A stretch of 64,000 bases of DNA, taken from positions 1,171-65,170 of the forward strand of contig NYZP01000002.1 in assembly GCA_002687175.1 (NCBI GenBank). The letters run 5' to 3'. Below the pieces are notes generated by a model that saw only the letters and a program-made list of their open reading frames with translations, was not told the origin of the DNA and ran no database searches. This document shows positions 1-9,039 of the stretch, piece after piece; the stretch's first letter is position 1; each line of letters opens with the position of its first letter. This stretch comes from Parcubacteria group bacterium (GTDB lineage Bacteria; Patescibacteriota; Patescibacteriia; Buchananbacterales; UBA6539). Made by a program: the position numbers and the translations under genes.

Positions 1-435
1 GAAAAAGAACTGATTGAATTTATCAAAGAAACAATCGGTAATTTAGAGCAAAAATACAAAGAAGTATATCTTTTGAGAAATGAAGAAGTTTACAAGATAT
101 ATGATTTTGAACAAGGTAGAGGCTTCCAACCTGACTTTATTCTCTTCGTAAAAACAAAAGATAAAAAAGAAGTAAAGAACGGATTCAAAGCAGAGTTATA
201 CTATCAAATATTTATTGAGCCAAAAGGAAATGAATATATTGGAGAGGATGGAACTTTTAAAACTGGAAAAGAAGGCTGGAAGGAACAATTTTTAGAAGAA
301 ATATCTGAGAAATACGGATTTGAAAAAATCATAAAAGCGGAAAATCCAAATTATAGACTTGTTGGATTACCATTCTTTAATAAGGATCATAATTCTAACT
401 TTAAGAATGAATATGAATTAGTCGTAAATGAATAA
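1..435 (+). CDS. C-terminal fragment of a PD-(D/E)xK nuclease-domain protein, restriction-endonuclease-like. The 5' end lies outside the window.
   Basis: The reading frame is open from base 1. It contains a PD...EPK motif (FQPDFILFV...IFIEPKG) typical of the PD-(D/E)xK fold found at the C-terminus of type III Res-like enzymes. Confidence 0.5.
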   Translation, partial: EKELIEFIKETIGNLEQKYKEVYLLRNEEVYKIYDFEQGRGFQPDFILFVKTKDKKEVKNGFKAELYYQIFIEPKGNEYIGEDGTFKTGKEGWKEQFLEEISEKYGFEKIIKAENPNYRLVGLPFFNKDHNSNFKNEYELVVNE

Positions 436-446
436 GGAGTTTTAAA

Positions 447-482
447 TTTTTGGCATTCACCCCTTAACCCCCTCTGCCAAAA
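447..482. terminator. Hairpin (ttttggca...tgccaaaa) after the first CDS, with A/T runs on both sides.
   Basis: An 8-bp inverted repeat with a 19-nt loop read directly from the sequence. Confidence 0.3.
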
Positions 483-723
483 ATTCAAAACAAAAACAAA
501 TTTATACTTTTAAGATAAAGCCTATCAAAATGATATTGATTGAAAAATATTTTTTGAACTCAAGCCACGTTGCACTCTCGCTTCACTGCGTTCCGCTCGG
601 GGCGTATAACACAGTATATGCGGTTCGCTCGTTGCACTTCGCTCTCTCATATTTTGCTCCGCTCCGCTCCGCAAAACATCGCATATACTGGAACGTTGTA
701 CGAAGTTAATTATTTATAAATAT

Positions 724-1143
724 ATGTTCAAAAAATCAAGGATTAAATTAATCTTAAAAATCTTATGGCCTTTATTACCAATCATCTTATTCCCTTTAAT
801 TGTAATTATGGTTGATTTCATTATGTGGAGTGATTATGGTTACAGCGAAACCTACGAAACAATCAAAAAAATATCAAGCCCGATTCTGATTTTTTATTTT
901 CTCCTTATAATTCTATATATTCCATTTGCACCAATCTTAAATTTTTTTGATTTCACTCTCATAGAAAAAACTGGGTCAGGGCTGGCTACTGCTGGTGATA
1001 TTGTACCTCATTTAACTGCACCCGGTGCCTTAATTGTAGGGATATTTTACTCAATAACAATATATATAATCTTCTTTATTCTTAAGGCATTAATAAGAGA
1101 TATTAAGGAGCGTAGACATAATAATAAATCAACAACTGAATAA
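724..1143 (+). CDS. Hypothetical integral membrane protein of 139 aa.
   Basis: Highly hydrophobic ORF flanked by inverted repeats CGAAGTTAATTA (707-718) and TAATTAACTTCG (1141-1152). Confidence 0.5.
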   Translation: MFKKSRIKLILKILWPLLPIILFPLIVIMVDFIMWSDYGYSETYETIKKISSPILIFYFLLIILYIPFAPILNFFDFTLIEKTGSGLATAGDIVPHLTAPGALIVGIFYSITIYIIFFILKALIRDIKERRHNNKSTTE

Positions 1144-1207
1144 TTAACTTCGCATAACACCGGCTATACAGTTCGCTTCCGGTAAATAACATATTCCTTA
1201 ACTAATT

Positions 1208-1236
1208 CCGCCAATATCAATAAGGCGGGTTTTTTG
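1208..1236 (+). terminator. Rho-independent terminator.
   Basis: Stem ccgcc...ggcgg followed by a T6 run. Confidence 0.55.
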
Positions 1237-1347
1237 TTATAATTGCTAAAGAGGGATAAATAAACACTTGTGTTTATTTAGACCGAACGACGTAATTTCA
1301 ATTTAATTAAACTATTATTCTTTAAAAATATAGTTAAAAAACCAGAA

Positions 1348-1563
1348 TTGGTTTACTTGATATACGACAAAATTAAATGGAGGTTTGTCATGTTGCCTGA
1401 CGGTTCAGATCCTTGGTATACGATTCCAGCTATGCTTCTGCTTATAGGAACAGCATACCTTACTAACGGTTGGGGTATTATTCCAACCCTGCTCATTATG
1501 CTCATTGGGGCATACTACTACGAGAAACGGAGAGAACAAAAAGAAACTGACAAAAGTCAATGA
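1348..1563 (+). CDS. Small hypothetical membrane protein. An alternative start at 1390 is possible.
   Basis: ORF with two predicted TM helices, followed by the hairpin gagagcg...cgctctc at 1575-1597. Confidence 0.4.
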   Translation: MVYLIYDKIKWRFVMLPDGSDPWYTIPAMLLLIGTAYLTNGWGIIPTLLIMLIGAYYYEKRREQKETDKSQ

Positions 1564-1628
1564 AGATCTTTTGCGAGAGCGTAAAACGCGCTCTCTCCCA
1601 ATTCTGATTTTTTAACTAAAATTATGTT

Positions 1629-2516
1629 ATGAAGTATTACATTGGCCTTGATATTGGTGCTACAAAAATCGCGGCGGCCTTGGTATCAGGCAAAAAAATA
1701 ATCAAAAAAGCTAGGGTGGAAACTCAGGTTAAAAAAGGCCGGCAACGGGTTTTGAAAAATATAAACTTAGCCGTAAATACTGTTTGGTCACCAAAGGTAA
1801 AAGGCATTGGCATTGGTATTGCCGGAAAAGTTGATCGAAAAAAAGGCATATTTGTTAAAGGACCAAATTTTGACAAAAATTTTAAAAATGTTAACCTAAG
1901 AAACTATTTACAAACTGCCTTTAAAGTACCGCTAAAAATAGAAAATGACGCCAACTGTTTTGTTTTAGCCGAGGCAATTCACGGTATAGCTAAAAATTAT
2001 AATCATGTTGTGGGTCTAACCTTAGGCACTGGCGTTGGTGGCGGCATTGTGATTAATAAACAGGTTTATCACGGCAGCACCGGCTCAGCTGGTGAGTTGG
2101 GTCACATTACTATTCAAAACAGCGGCTTAAAATGTAGCTGTGGTCATCGCGGTCATTTGGAAGCTTATGCCTCGGGCAAAGCGACGTCTAATTTGTATAA
2201 AAAACTTTCCGGTCGCCGCTTGCATCCCCTGGAAATTGAGGCCAATGCCAAAAAAGGTAATAAAAAAGCCCTGACAGTTTTTAATACCATGAGCGACTCC
2301 TTGGCCGCCGGTCTAAGTAGCATCATTTATAGCTTAAATCCTGATATCATAGTATTGGGTGGTGGGCTGGCAAAGGTAAAAATTTATATTTCACCGGCAA
2401 TAAAATTGGCGAAAAAAAAATTAGTATATAGTTCGCTCAACAAAACAAAAATTGTAACCAATCCCAACAGTAGCAACATGGCAATTTTGGGTGCCACGTT
2501 ATTATTTAAAAAGTAG
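1629..2516 (+). CDS. ROK-family sugar kinase (glucokinase-like).
   Basis: N-terminal LDIGATKI ATP-binding motif and the ROK zinc motif CSCGHRGHLEAYASG. Confidence 0.8.
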   Translation: MKYYIGLDIGATKIAAALVSGKKIIKKARVETQVKKGRQRVLKNINLAVNTVWSPKVKGIGIGIAGKVDRKKGIFVKGPNFDKNFKNVNLRNYLQTAFKVPLKIENDANCFVLAEAIHGIAKNYNHVVGLTLGTGVGGGIVINKQVYHGSTGSAGELGHITIQNSGLKCSCGHRGHLEAYASGKATSNLYKKLSGRRLHPLEIEANAKKGNKKALTVFNTMSDSLAAGLSSIIYSLNPDIIVLGGGLAKVKIYISPAIKLAKKKLVYSSLNKTKIVTNPNSSNMAILGATLLFKK

Positions 2517-2527
2517 TAATACAATTC

Positions 2528-5455
2528 ATGCCAATCCCCGGACTATCAACTAAAACTAAATCTCCCCAAGACTGGAGAAAAAAAAGTCCTGTTCGTCGTC
2601 GTAAATCGTCGGGATCTTTTAGCAAAAAACCAATTTATACCGGGGGTAAGAAAAAGAAATTTAAATTACCTTCCAATATAAGTAAAGGTGTTATAACCTT
2701 AATTGGTTTAGCTATTGCCATTGGCGGAATTTTAAGTATTATTATGTTGGCCTGGATCGCTAAAGATTTACCAAATCCCAACCGAATCATTGAACGATCA
2801 GTAGCCCAAAGTACTAAAATTTTTGATAGTACTGGCGAAAGTTTACTTTACGATGTTCATGGTGCTGAGAAAAGAACAGTGGTGGAGCTGTCTGACATCC
2901 CTCAATTTGTTCAACAAGCAACATTAATAGCCGAAGATAAAAAATTCTACGAGCATGGAGGCATCAGTTTTACTGGTATTCTTAGATCCGTGATCGTTAA
3001 TTTTTTAAAGGGCGGTAAGGTACAAGGTGGTTCAACCTTAACCCAGCAGTTAGTTAAAAATGCCGTATTAACTCCCGAAAAAACTTACACTCGAAAAATC
3101 AAAGAAATTATTTTATCCTATCAAATAGAAAAAAAGTTTTCTAAAGACGAAATATTAAAACTTTACTTTAATGAAATCCCTTACGGTTCAGTGGCTTATG
3201 GTGTTGAAGCCGCAGCTCAAACCTATTTTGGCAAAGGAATCACAGAGATTACTCTAGCCGAGGCTGCAATTTTAGCATCACTACCCAAAGCGCCAACTTA
3301 CTACTCCCCTTACGGTAGCCACCAAGACGATCTTTTAGGTCGACAACAATTTATTTTAAATGGCATGGCCGATGCTGGTTATATTACTCAAGAAGATGCC
3401 GACAAGGCTGCTGAAGAAGAACTGGAGTTTAAGAAACGAACTGAAAACATTGTTGCGCCTCATTTTATAATGTATGTTCGAGAATACCTAACCGAAAAAT
3501 ATGGTGAATTGGTTGTTGAACAAGGCGGATTACAAGTTAAAACCACGCTGGATCTTTATAAGCAAGGATTGGCTGAAGAAGTAATAACTGAAATAGCTGA
3601 AACAAACGCTGAAAACTGGGACGCTAATAATGCAGCCCTAGTAGCGATTGATACTAAAACTGGACAAATTGAAGCCATGGTTGGTTCCAAAGATTATTTT
3701 GCTGATCCAGCCCCCGAAGACTGTAATCCAGGTATTGATTGCGTATTTGATCCACAGGTGAATACTTCGATACGCTTAAGACAACCCGGTTCATCATTCA
3801 AACCAATTGTTTTTACTGCCGCTTTTAAAAAAGGCTATACTCCGGAAACAGTCTTATATGACGTAAATACTGTCTTTCAAAACTATGATCTTAAGGACTA
3901 CGAGCCTAAGAACTACGACTTAGTTGAACATGGCCCGGTTACTATTAGAAAATCCCTGCAGGGTTCTTTAAATATTCCAGCGGTCAAAGCGATTTTTTTA
4001 ACCGGCGTTGATAACGTTATTGATCTGGCCGAAGATTTGGGCTATACCAGTTTAAGCAACCGAAGCCGGTTTGGTTTATCTCTGGTTTTGGGCGGCGGTG
4101 AAGTCAAACTACTGGAACACACTAATGCTTTTGCGGTGTTAGCTCGTGAGGGTGAATGGCACCCACCGGTGGCAATTTTAGAAGTTAAAGATAAAGATGG
4201 AAATATCTTAGAAGAGTACGAGAAAAAGGATAAAAAGGTTTTGAGCACCGAGTTAGCTCGGCAAATCAATAATGTTTTATCAGATAATAGCGCACGAGCC
4301 TATGTTTTTGGAGAAAACAATTACCTAACTCTTGGTGGGCGTGATGTTGCCGCTAAAACCGGAACAACCGATGATTATCGTGATGCCTGGACTATTGGCT
4401 ATACTCCTTCTTTAGCGGTTGGCGTTTGGGTCGGTAATAATAATAACGAAACCATGCGTCGCGGCGCCGCCGGTGGCGTGGTTGCCGCTCCAATTTGGAA
4501 TGGCTTTATGAGGCGTGTTCTAGGTGACACGCCATTTGAAAGCTTTAAAGGCCCCAAAGAAATCACCACTGACAAACCAGTATTAAATGGCAGTATTACC
4601 GAGGGGATTAAAGTTAAAATTGACAAAATCACTGGTAAGCTGGCCACCAGCTTAACTCCGGAGAATCAAGTTGAAGAAAAAATATTTAGACAAACTCACT
4701 CTATTTTACATTACATTAACAAAGATGACCCCCAAGGCAGTTCCGGACCAAACTTAAATAGCGAACAGTACACCCGCTGGGAAGATGCTGTTCAACTTTG
4801 GGCCGAAAAAAATAATTATGTTTCCGAAGAACCACCAACCGAATTTGATGATATTCACACCACCGCTGACCGACCAACCATTAAAATTACCTCTCCCAAT
4901 CAAAACCAAACAATCACTGACCGCAGTTTAACCGCCGAAGTTAGTGCCTCCGCTCCCCGTGGTGTCAAGCTAGTTGAGTACTACATTAACGACCGACTAT
5001 TAAAAGAAGTAGCTTCTCCGCCATTTAACTTAAATGTCTTTATTGAAGATCCAAATATCACTGCTGGCTTTTATCAATTTACCGCCATTGCTTATGATGA
5101 TATTGGTAATAATAAAAGCGTTACCATTAACCTTAATATGCAGCTACCAGCCTTACCGTCGGCATTGGTTTGGACAGTACCGACTGATAATGATTCATTA
5201 ACGGAAAGTGACTTCCCTTTGATCATAACTGCTGATTTAGGAAATCCAACAGGAATTCAAAAAATTGATCTCTACTATGAAAATTCCGAGGGTGCTGTTA
5301 ACTATATTAATACTGCCCGTCAATTCCCGGGTGATAAACTGATTGCTCAGTGGTCTACTCCACCATCAGCTGGTAGTTACTCAGTCTATGCTGAAATTAC
5401 AAATCAGGATGGTTATAGTTACGATAGCGAGAAGATTAGGGTTGAAATAAAATAA
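2528..5455 (+). CDS. mrcA: Class A penicillin-binding protein 1A (glycosyltransferase plus transpeptidase) with a C-terminal Ig-like extension.
   Basis: GT51 motifs (GGSTLTQQLVKN) and transpeptidase SSFKP and KTGTT motifs. Confidence 0.85.
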   Translation: MPIPGLSTKTKSPQDWRKKSPVRRRKSSGSFSKKPIYTGGKKKKFKLPSNISKGVITLIGLAIAIGGILSIIMLAWIAKDLPNPNRIIERSVAQSTKIFDSTGESLLYDVHGAEKRTVVELSDIPQFVQQATLIAEDKKFYEHGGISFTGILRSVIVNFLKGGKVQGGSTLTQQLVKNAVLTPEKTYTRKIKEIILSYQIEKKFSKDEILKLYFNEIPYGSVAYGVEAAAQTYFGKGITEITLAEAAILASLPKAPTYYSPYGSHQDDLLGRQQFILNGMADAGYITQEDADKAAEEELEFKKRTENIVAPHFIMYVREYLTEKYGELVVEQGGLQVKTTLDLYKQGLAEEVITEIAETNAENWDANNAALVAIDTKTGQIEAMVGSKDYFADPAPEDCNPGIDCVFDPQVNTSIRLRQPGSSFKPIVFTAAFKKGYTPETVLYDVNTVFQNYDLKDYEPKNYDLVEHGPVTIRKSLQGSLNIPAVKAIFLTGVDNVIDLAEDLGYTSLSNRSRFGLSLVLGGGEVKLLEHTNAFAVLAREGEWHPPVAILEVKDKDGNILEEYEKKDKKVLSTELARQINNVLSDNSARAYVFGENNYLTLGGRDVAAKTGTTDDYRDAWTIGYTPSLAVGVWVGNNNNETMRRGAAGGVVAAPIWNGFMRRVLGDTPFESFKGPKEITTDKPVLNGSITEGIKVKIDKITGKLATSLTPENQVEEKIFRQTHSILHYINKDDPQGSSGPNLNSEQYTRWEDAVQLWAEKNNYVSEEPPTEFDDIHTTADRPTIKITSPNQNQTITDRSLTAEVSASAPRGVKLVEYYINDRLLKEVASPPFNLNVFIEDPNITAGFYQFTAIAYDDIGNNKSVTINLNMQLPALPSALVWTVPTDNDSLTESDFPLIITADLGNPTGIQKIDLYYENSEGAVNYINTARQFPGDKLIAQWSTPPSAGSYSVYAEITNQDGYSYDSEKIRVEIK

Positions 5456-5694
5456 ACAGATTGCCCTAGCGCTTGAAAAAGGTTACAATTTATACAAGAG
5501 GAGAGGCTGAGTATTAATAAAATTAAACCTATGACAAAAACCAATACCGCAGAAAAGCAAAATAAAAATAGTGATGGAAGCTATGCTGTTTCTTCAAAAA
5601 ATAAAAATTCGGTATAGCTTTAATAATTGGGCCCTTTATAGGCCTACTATTTGTTTTTATATCTTATGACATTGCTACTTTTACCATAGCCCAG

Positions 5695-6201
5695 GTGTAT
5701 GGTCTGTCAACTGAAGCTTCCTTAAATACTCCATCCAACGAAATTGGATCCGGAGTATTAAGTATAATTAATGTGCTCTTAGGATTCATTGGTATTTTCT
5801 GTTCTATAGGAATTATTATCGGAATTCCGCTTGGTATTATTTTGCTCAACAAAAAAGTGTTGGTATCAGGAACCTTTGACGATAGATCAGGCAATGGTAA
5901 AAATTCAACTGTCCCAGAGGAAATAAAAGGTTGGAATTGGGGCGCCGCTGGCTTACACTGGATTTAGGGAGTTTGGCATGGAGTTTGGATATCGCTGCTG
6001 GTTTTTATCCCGGTGGTTAACTTGGTGATGGTTATAGTTTTGGGGATAAAAGGAAATGAATGGGCCTGGAGAGCACAAAAATGGGAAAGTGTAGAAAAAT
6101 TTCAGACTTCTCAAAACAAATGGAAACCCTGGGGTATTGTATTTTTTGTCTTAATACTGCTGAGTATAATATCAAATATTCTGTTGCCAGATACTTCATA
6201 G
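5695..6201 (+). pseudogene. DUF2628-like small membrane protein interrupted by an in-frame TAG at 5965-5967.
   Basis: The two track ORFs 5695..5967 and 6013..6201 are in the same frame. Translation through the TAG is continuous: NWGAAGLHWI*GVWHGVWISLLVFIPVVNLVMVIVLGIKGNEWAWRAQKWESVEKF, which matches the DUF2628 NWGAF...GNEWYW pattern. Confidence 0.45.
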
Positions 6202-6242
6202 ATTCAATAAAAATTTAATTAAATAATAATTTATATATTTAG

Positions 6243-6461
6243 ATCATAAAAGAGACCCACGCCAGAAGTATTTTCAAAACTATCAGCTGGCGAGTTATTG
6301 CGACCCTAACTACTACCATACTGGTTTACCTTTTTACGGGCAGTTTTAAAATCGCTCTAGGCATTGGATTTTTTGAAGCCAGCCTAAAACTTTTATTTTA
6401 TTACTTACATGAACGCGCTTGGGACAAAATTAATTGGGGAACAGCTTTAACAAAAAAATAG
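6243..6461 (+). CDS. DUF2061 family membrane protein (about 72 aa) with no ATG start. Candidate starts are ATC at 6243 and ATA at 6246.
   Basis: Translation (I)KETHARSIFKTISWRVIATLTTTILVYLFTGSFKIALGIGFFEASLKLLFYYLHERAWDKINWG matches the DUF2061 consensus (METHxRSxxKAxSWR...). An in-frame TAG sits at 6240-6242 immediately upstream. Confidence 0.5.
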   Translation: MIKETHARSIFKTISWRVIATLTTTILVYLFTGSFKIALGIGFFEASLKLLFYYLHERAWDKINWGTALTKK

Positions 6462-6691
6462 AGTTGTATTTTAAAAATTACTACTTGTTTGACAAAACAG
6501 CTAACTGTAGTATTATTGAGTAACAAAGAGCCTAAAAAACCGTGCTAACGGTTCTTTTTTAAGCTACTAAAATCTTTTTTAAATAAACTTGCAATAGTCC
6601 ATAAAATCAAAAGCCGATATTTCATCGGGGGTGTTTTTTTAAATAAAAAAAGACCCCGGGAACTAAAAGCTCCTGGGGTATAGAAAATTTC

Positions 6692-8878
6692 TTAAGATGC
6701 AACTGACCTAGTATGACTACCTGCTAGGGGTTGCCTTTTTTGTAGTTCCTCCAACTGGTCAATGACCTGGGACACAAAACTTTCAGAGCCTATGGCGTGA
6801 ACTCTAATAGCCAAAGCACGATACTCTTTGAGGGCATTCTCAACGGAATGGTTGCTCAAAATGACATGAATAAACAAGGTGTTGGCTGAGGCACTCTTAA
6901 CAGCATCAGATACCTGGCGTTTCTTGTCAGACTCAATAAACGCTACTTTCTTGGCACCAAGGCTACGAATATCCTGAAGCAGTCTGGTCTTGTGTGGAGC
7001 CACCTTCCTGCCACCGATAATCACTACCTTAGAAAAGATAGACAACGGAGGTTGCTCAACAGGCTCAATCTCAGGCTCTGCTGCTGGCGCCGGTACACCC
7101 TGAATATCCAGAATTCTGATAATACCTGCTGAATCTTTAGCTCTGACTGAAACAATCAGAGGAGAGTCAGGAGCCAGCAAGGCCTTCAAGGAATCAGGTT
7201 TAGAAAACAGGGATTGAGCAATGTTTAAGCCCATCTGTTTGCAGACATTAGCGATCTCTTGAAGTCGCAGAAGGTCTCTCCGGGAAAAAGAGTTCCAAAA
7301 CTTTTCACTGTCACTGTCACTAAAGACTGGTAGTGTCTCGCGGATTTCAGCAATCAGTACCCCTCTGGTTGATACGTACTCCTCGTCCCCTTCAGGTCCT
7401 GTTGCTTGAGTAATCCGAGCACTTTCTGCTTGTTTACTTAAGAATCTGTTATATAGATCCTCAAGACCCTTAAGGGCTTGGCAACGTACTGAGAGTTTAC
7501 CGGCACTCATTGCCTTGGTATACATTCCCTTAACGGCCCGCTTGGCATCACCCTGAAGTCTTTGCCCCAAATAACTCCAATACTGCTCGGCTTCATCCTC
7601 TATCTCCTGAGCTATCCAAAGATCCTTTTCCTTCTTGCATAAAGGTCCCAGCAGTCCACGAACAGTCTTCTGACCACGGTCATAAAACGGCAGGGGCTGC
7701 CACAACAGTCTCCCAGGATAATTACGATAGAATACCCAGGTGGTTCTCCTGACTGATTTCTTTGTGGGATAAGCATTCATTTTACTTTCCAGCTCTTCCC
7801 TAACAATCCGCGACATGGACATAGGCAGTATCTGAAGACCAAGACCAAGCGCCAAAACGACAATTCCCCAAAATACCGGTTTACCCCAGTGGCTTAACCA
7901 GACTTCTTGAGCGACCGCATCAGCTATTCTTTGCTGTTCCGGCAAACGATGGGTGTTGAAGTAGTACGAACCGTAAGCCAAAGGCCAGCTGAGCGCAATG
8001 CTATTAGCTTTTTGCTGAATCGTCGTCATCATCAGCTGTCTGGTGCTACGGGCGACGGTTGGTGTGCCTGGCCTGGTTGGCCTCAACCGTTCTGGCATTA
8101 CCCCACTTTCAAGCTGTTTATTCACTTCGGGGGAGAGTGAACGAACACCGACTCCTCGTACATCTTTTTCAACTGTCCTTTGGGCCATAGAATATAACAC
8201 CAGGCACGGACCAACCATTGACCGTAGTTCTCGAACCTGGCTCCTGGAAAAAACAAAATTATAGGACTCGTACGGTTTAGACTCAAACATAAAACCCTGG
8301 TCATCGTTTGAGCTGTAATTATCAATGGTCTTCTGAAGATTAAGAGCAGCCTGCTCCGCCTCTTGTCGCGCCGGGACTGAATTCATCAGAGCTTCATATT
8401 GCCCAACCCGCTGCTCATGACTCTTGGGCATCTGGAAAAATGAGCCCATACTCAATATGGCCGGGCTAAAACGAATGGTTGTGACAATTCGTAACATTTC
8501 ACCTTCTTGCTCAACTTCCTCGTAGTAAAAGTTGATCAAGTCTCCGGTGTAGCTTCGATCCCAATCAATCAATCCTTCAGACTCAATATTGGCCACTGGT
8601 TGAAGGATTTGGCCCAGACTCATCCTTAAAGTTTCGGCAATATGCTTTTTGCCGGAAATCATAAGGGCGTCTGTCATCTTCCTAACTTCGTCAGCTTGGT
8701 GCATAATCTCGAAAGCTGACACCTGCTGGTTCGCCAAAATGTTGATACGCTTTAGTTCAATCTCTGCTTCGATTTGCTTATTACTGGTGAAACCCTCCTG
8801 TCTAAACGAAAAAGCGATGGCCACCGAGCATGCAAGCAACACAAAAAGCAATACTTGTCTCATCTCTTCTTCTCCCAA
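6692..8878 (-). CDS. Large hypothetical membrane protein (signal peptide/TM plus an internal TM) with a DUF2325-like C-terminal domain. The island is mid-GC.
   Basis: 728-aa ORF. The probable start is the second Met (MRQVLLFVLL..., about 8863), which has a GGAGAAG RBS. The C-terminus VVIIGGRKVAPHKTRLLQDIRSLGAKKVAFIESD...FIHVILSNHSVENALKE resembles DUF2325. GC content is much higher than the flanks. Confidence 0.6.
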   Translation of the reverse strand: MGEEEMRQVLLFVLLACSVAIAFSFRQEGFTSNKQIEAEIELKRINILANQQVSAFEIMHQADEVRKMTDALMISGKKHIAETLRMSLGQILQPVANIESEGLIDWDRSYTGDLINFYYEEVEQEGEMLRIVTTIRFSPAILSMGSFFQMPKSHEQRVGQYEALMNSVPARQEAEQAALNLQKTIDNYSSNDDQGFMFESKPYESYNFVFSRSQVRELRSMVGPCLVLYSMAQRTVEKDVRGVGVRSLSPEVNKQLESGVMPERLRPTRPGTPTVARSTRQLMMTTIQQKANSIALSWPLAYGSYYFNTHRLPEQQRIADAVAQEVWLSHWGKPVFWGIVVLALGLGLQILPMSMSRIVREELESKMNAYPTKKSVRRTTWVFYRNYPGRLLWQPLPFYDRGQKTVRGLLGPLCKKEKDLWIAQEIEDEAEQYWSYLGQRLQGDAKRAVKGMYTKAMSAGKLSVRCQALKGLEDLYNRFLSKQAESARITQATGPEGDEEYVSTRGVLIAEIRETLPVFSDSDSEKFWNSFSRRDLLRLQEIANVCKQMGLNIAQSLFSKPDSLKALLAPDSPLIVSVRAKDSAGIIRILDIQGVPAPAAEPEIEPVEQPPLSIFSKVVIIGGRKVAPHKTRLLQDIRSLGAKKVAFIESDKKRQVSDAVKSASANTLFIHVILSNHSVENALKEYRALAIRVHAIGSESFVSQVIDQLEELQKRQPLAGSHTRSVAS

Positions 8879-9039
8879 TTTTTGGACCTAGTTGGTCCGT
8901 TTGTTGTCAACGATCTATTATCTATATAAAACAAGTATAGTCTAGACCATACTTGTGTATCTAATTTAATATTAAACCTTTTTTGTTTAGCTGTCTACCT
9001 GATTAATAGACTGACTAACGAAAAATTCTCAACATTTAT

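Noticed and set aside
4042-4647. Antisense ORFs inside the PBP1A gene. Similar antisense or overlapping ORFs occur inside polA, gyrA, sufB/sufD, infB, smc, the 728-aa gene, the dapA-like gene and the Zalpha-like gene.
   Set aside because: They are fully nested in strongly supported genes on the opposite strand or in another frame. They have no RBS or domain support, and the GC-richer hosts inflate spurious antisense ORFs.
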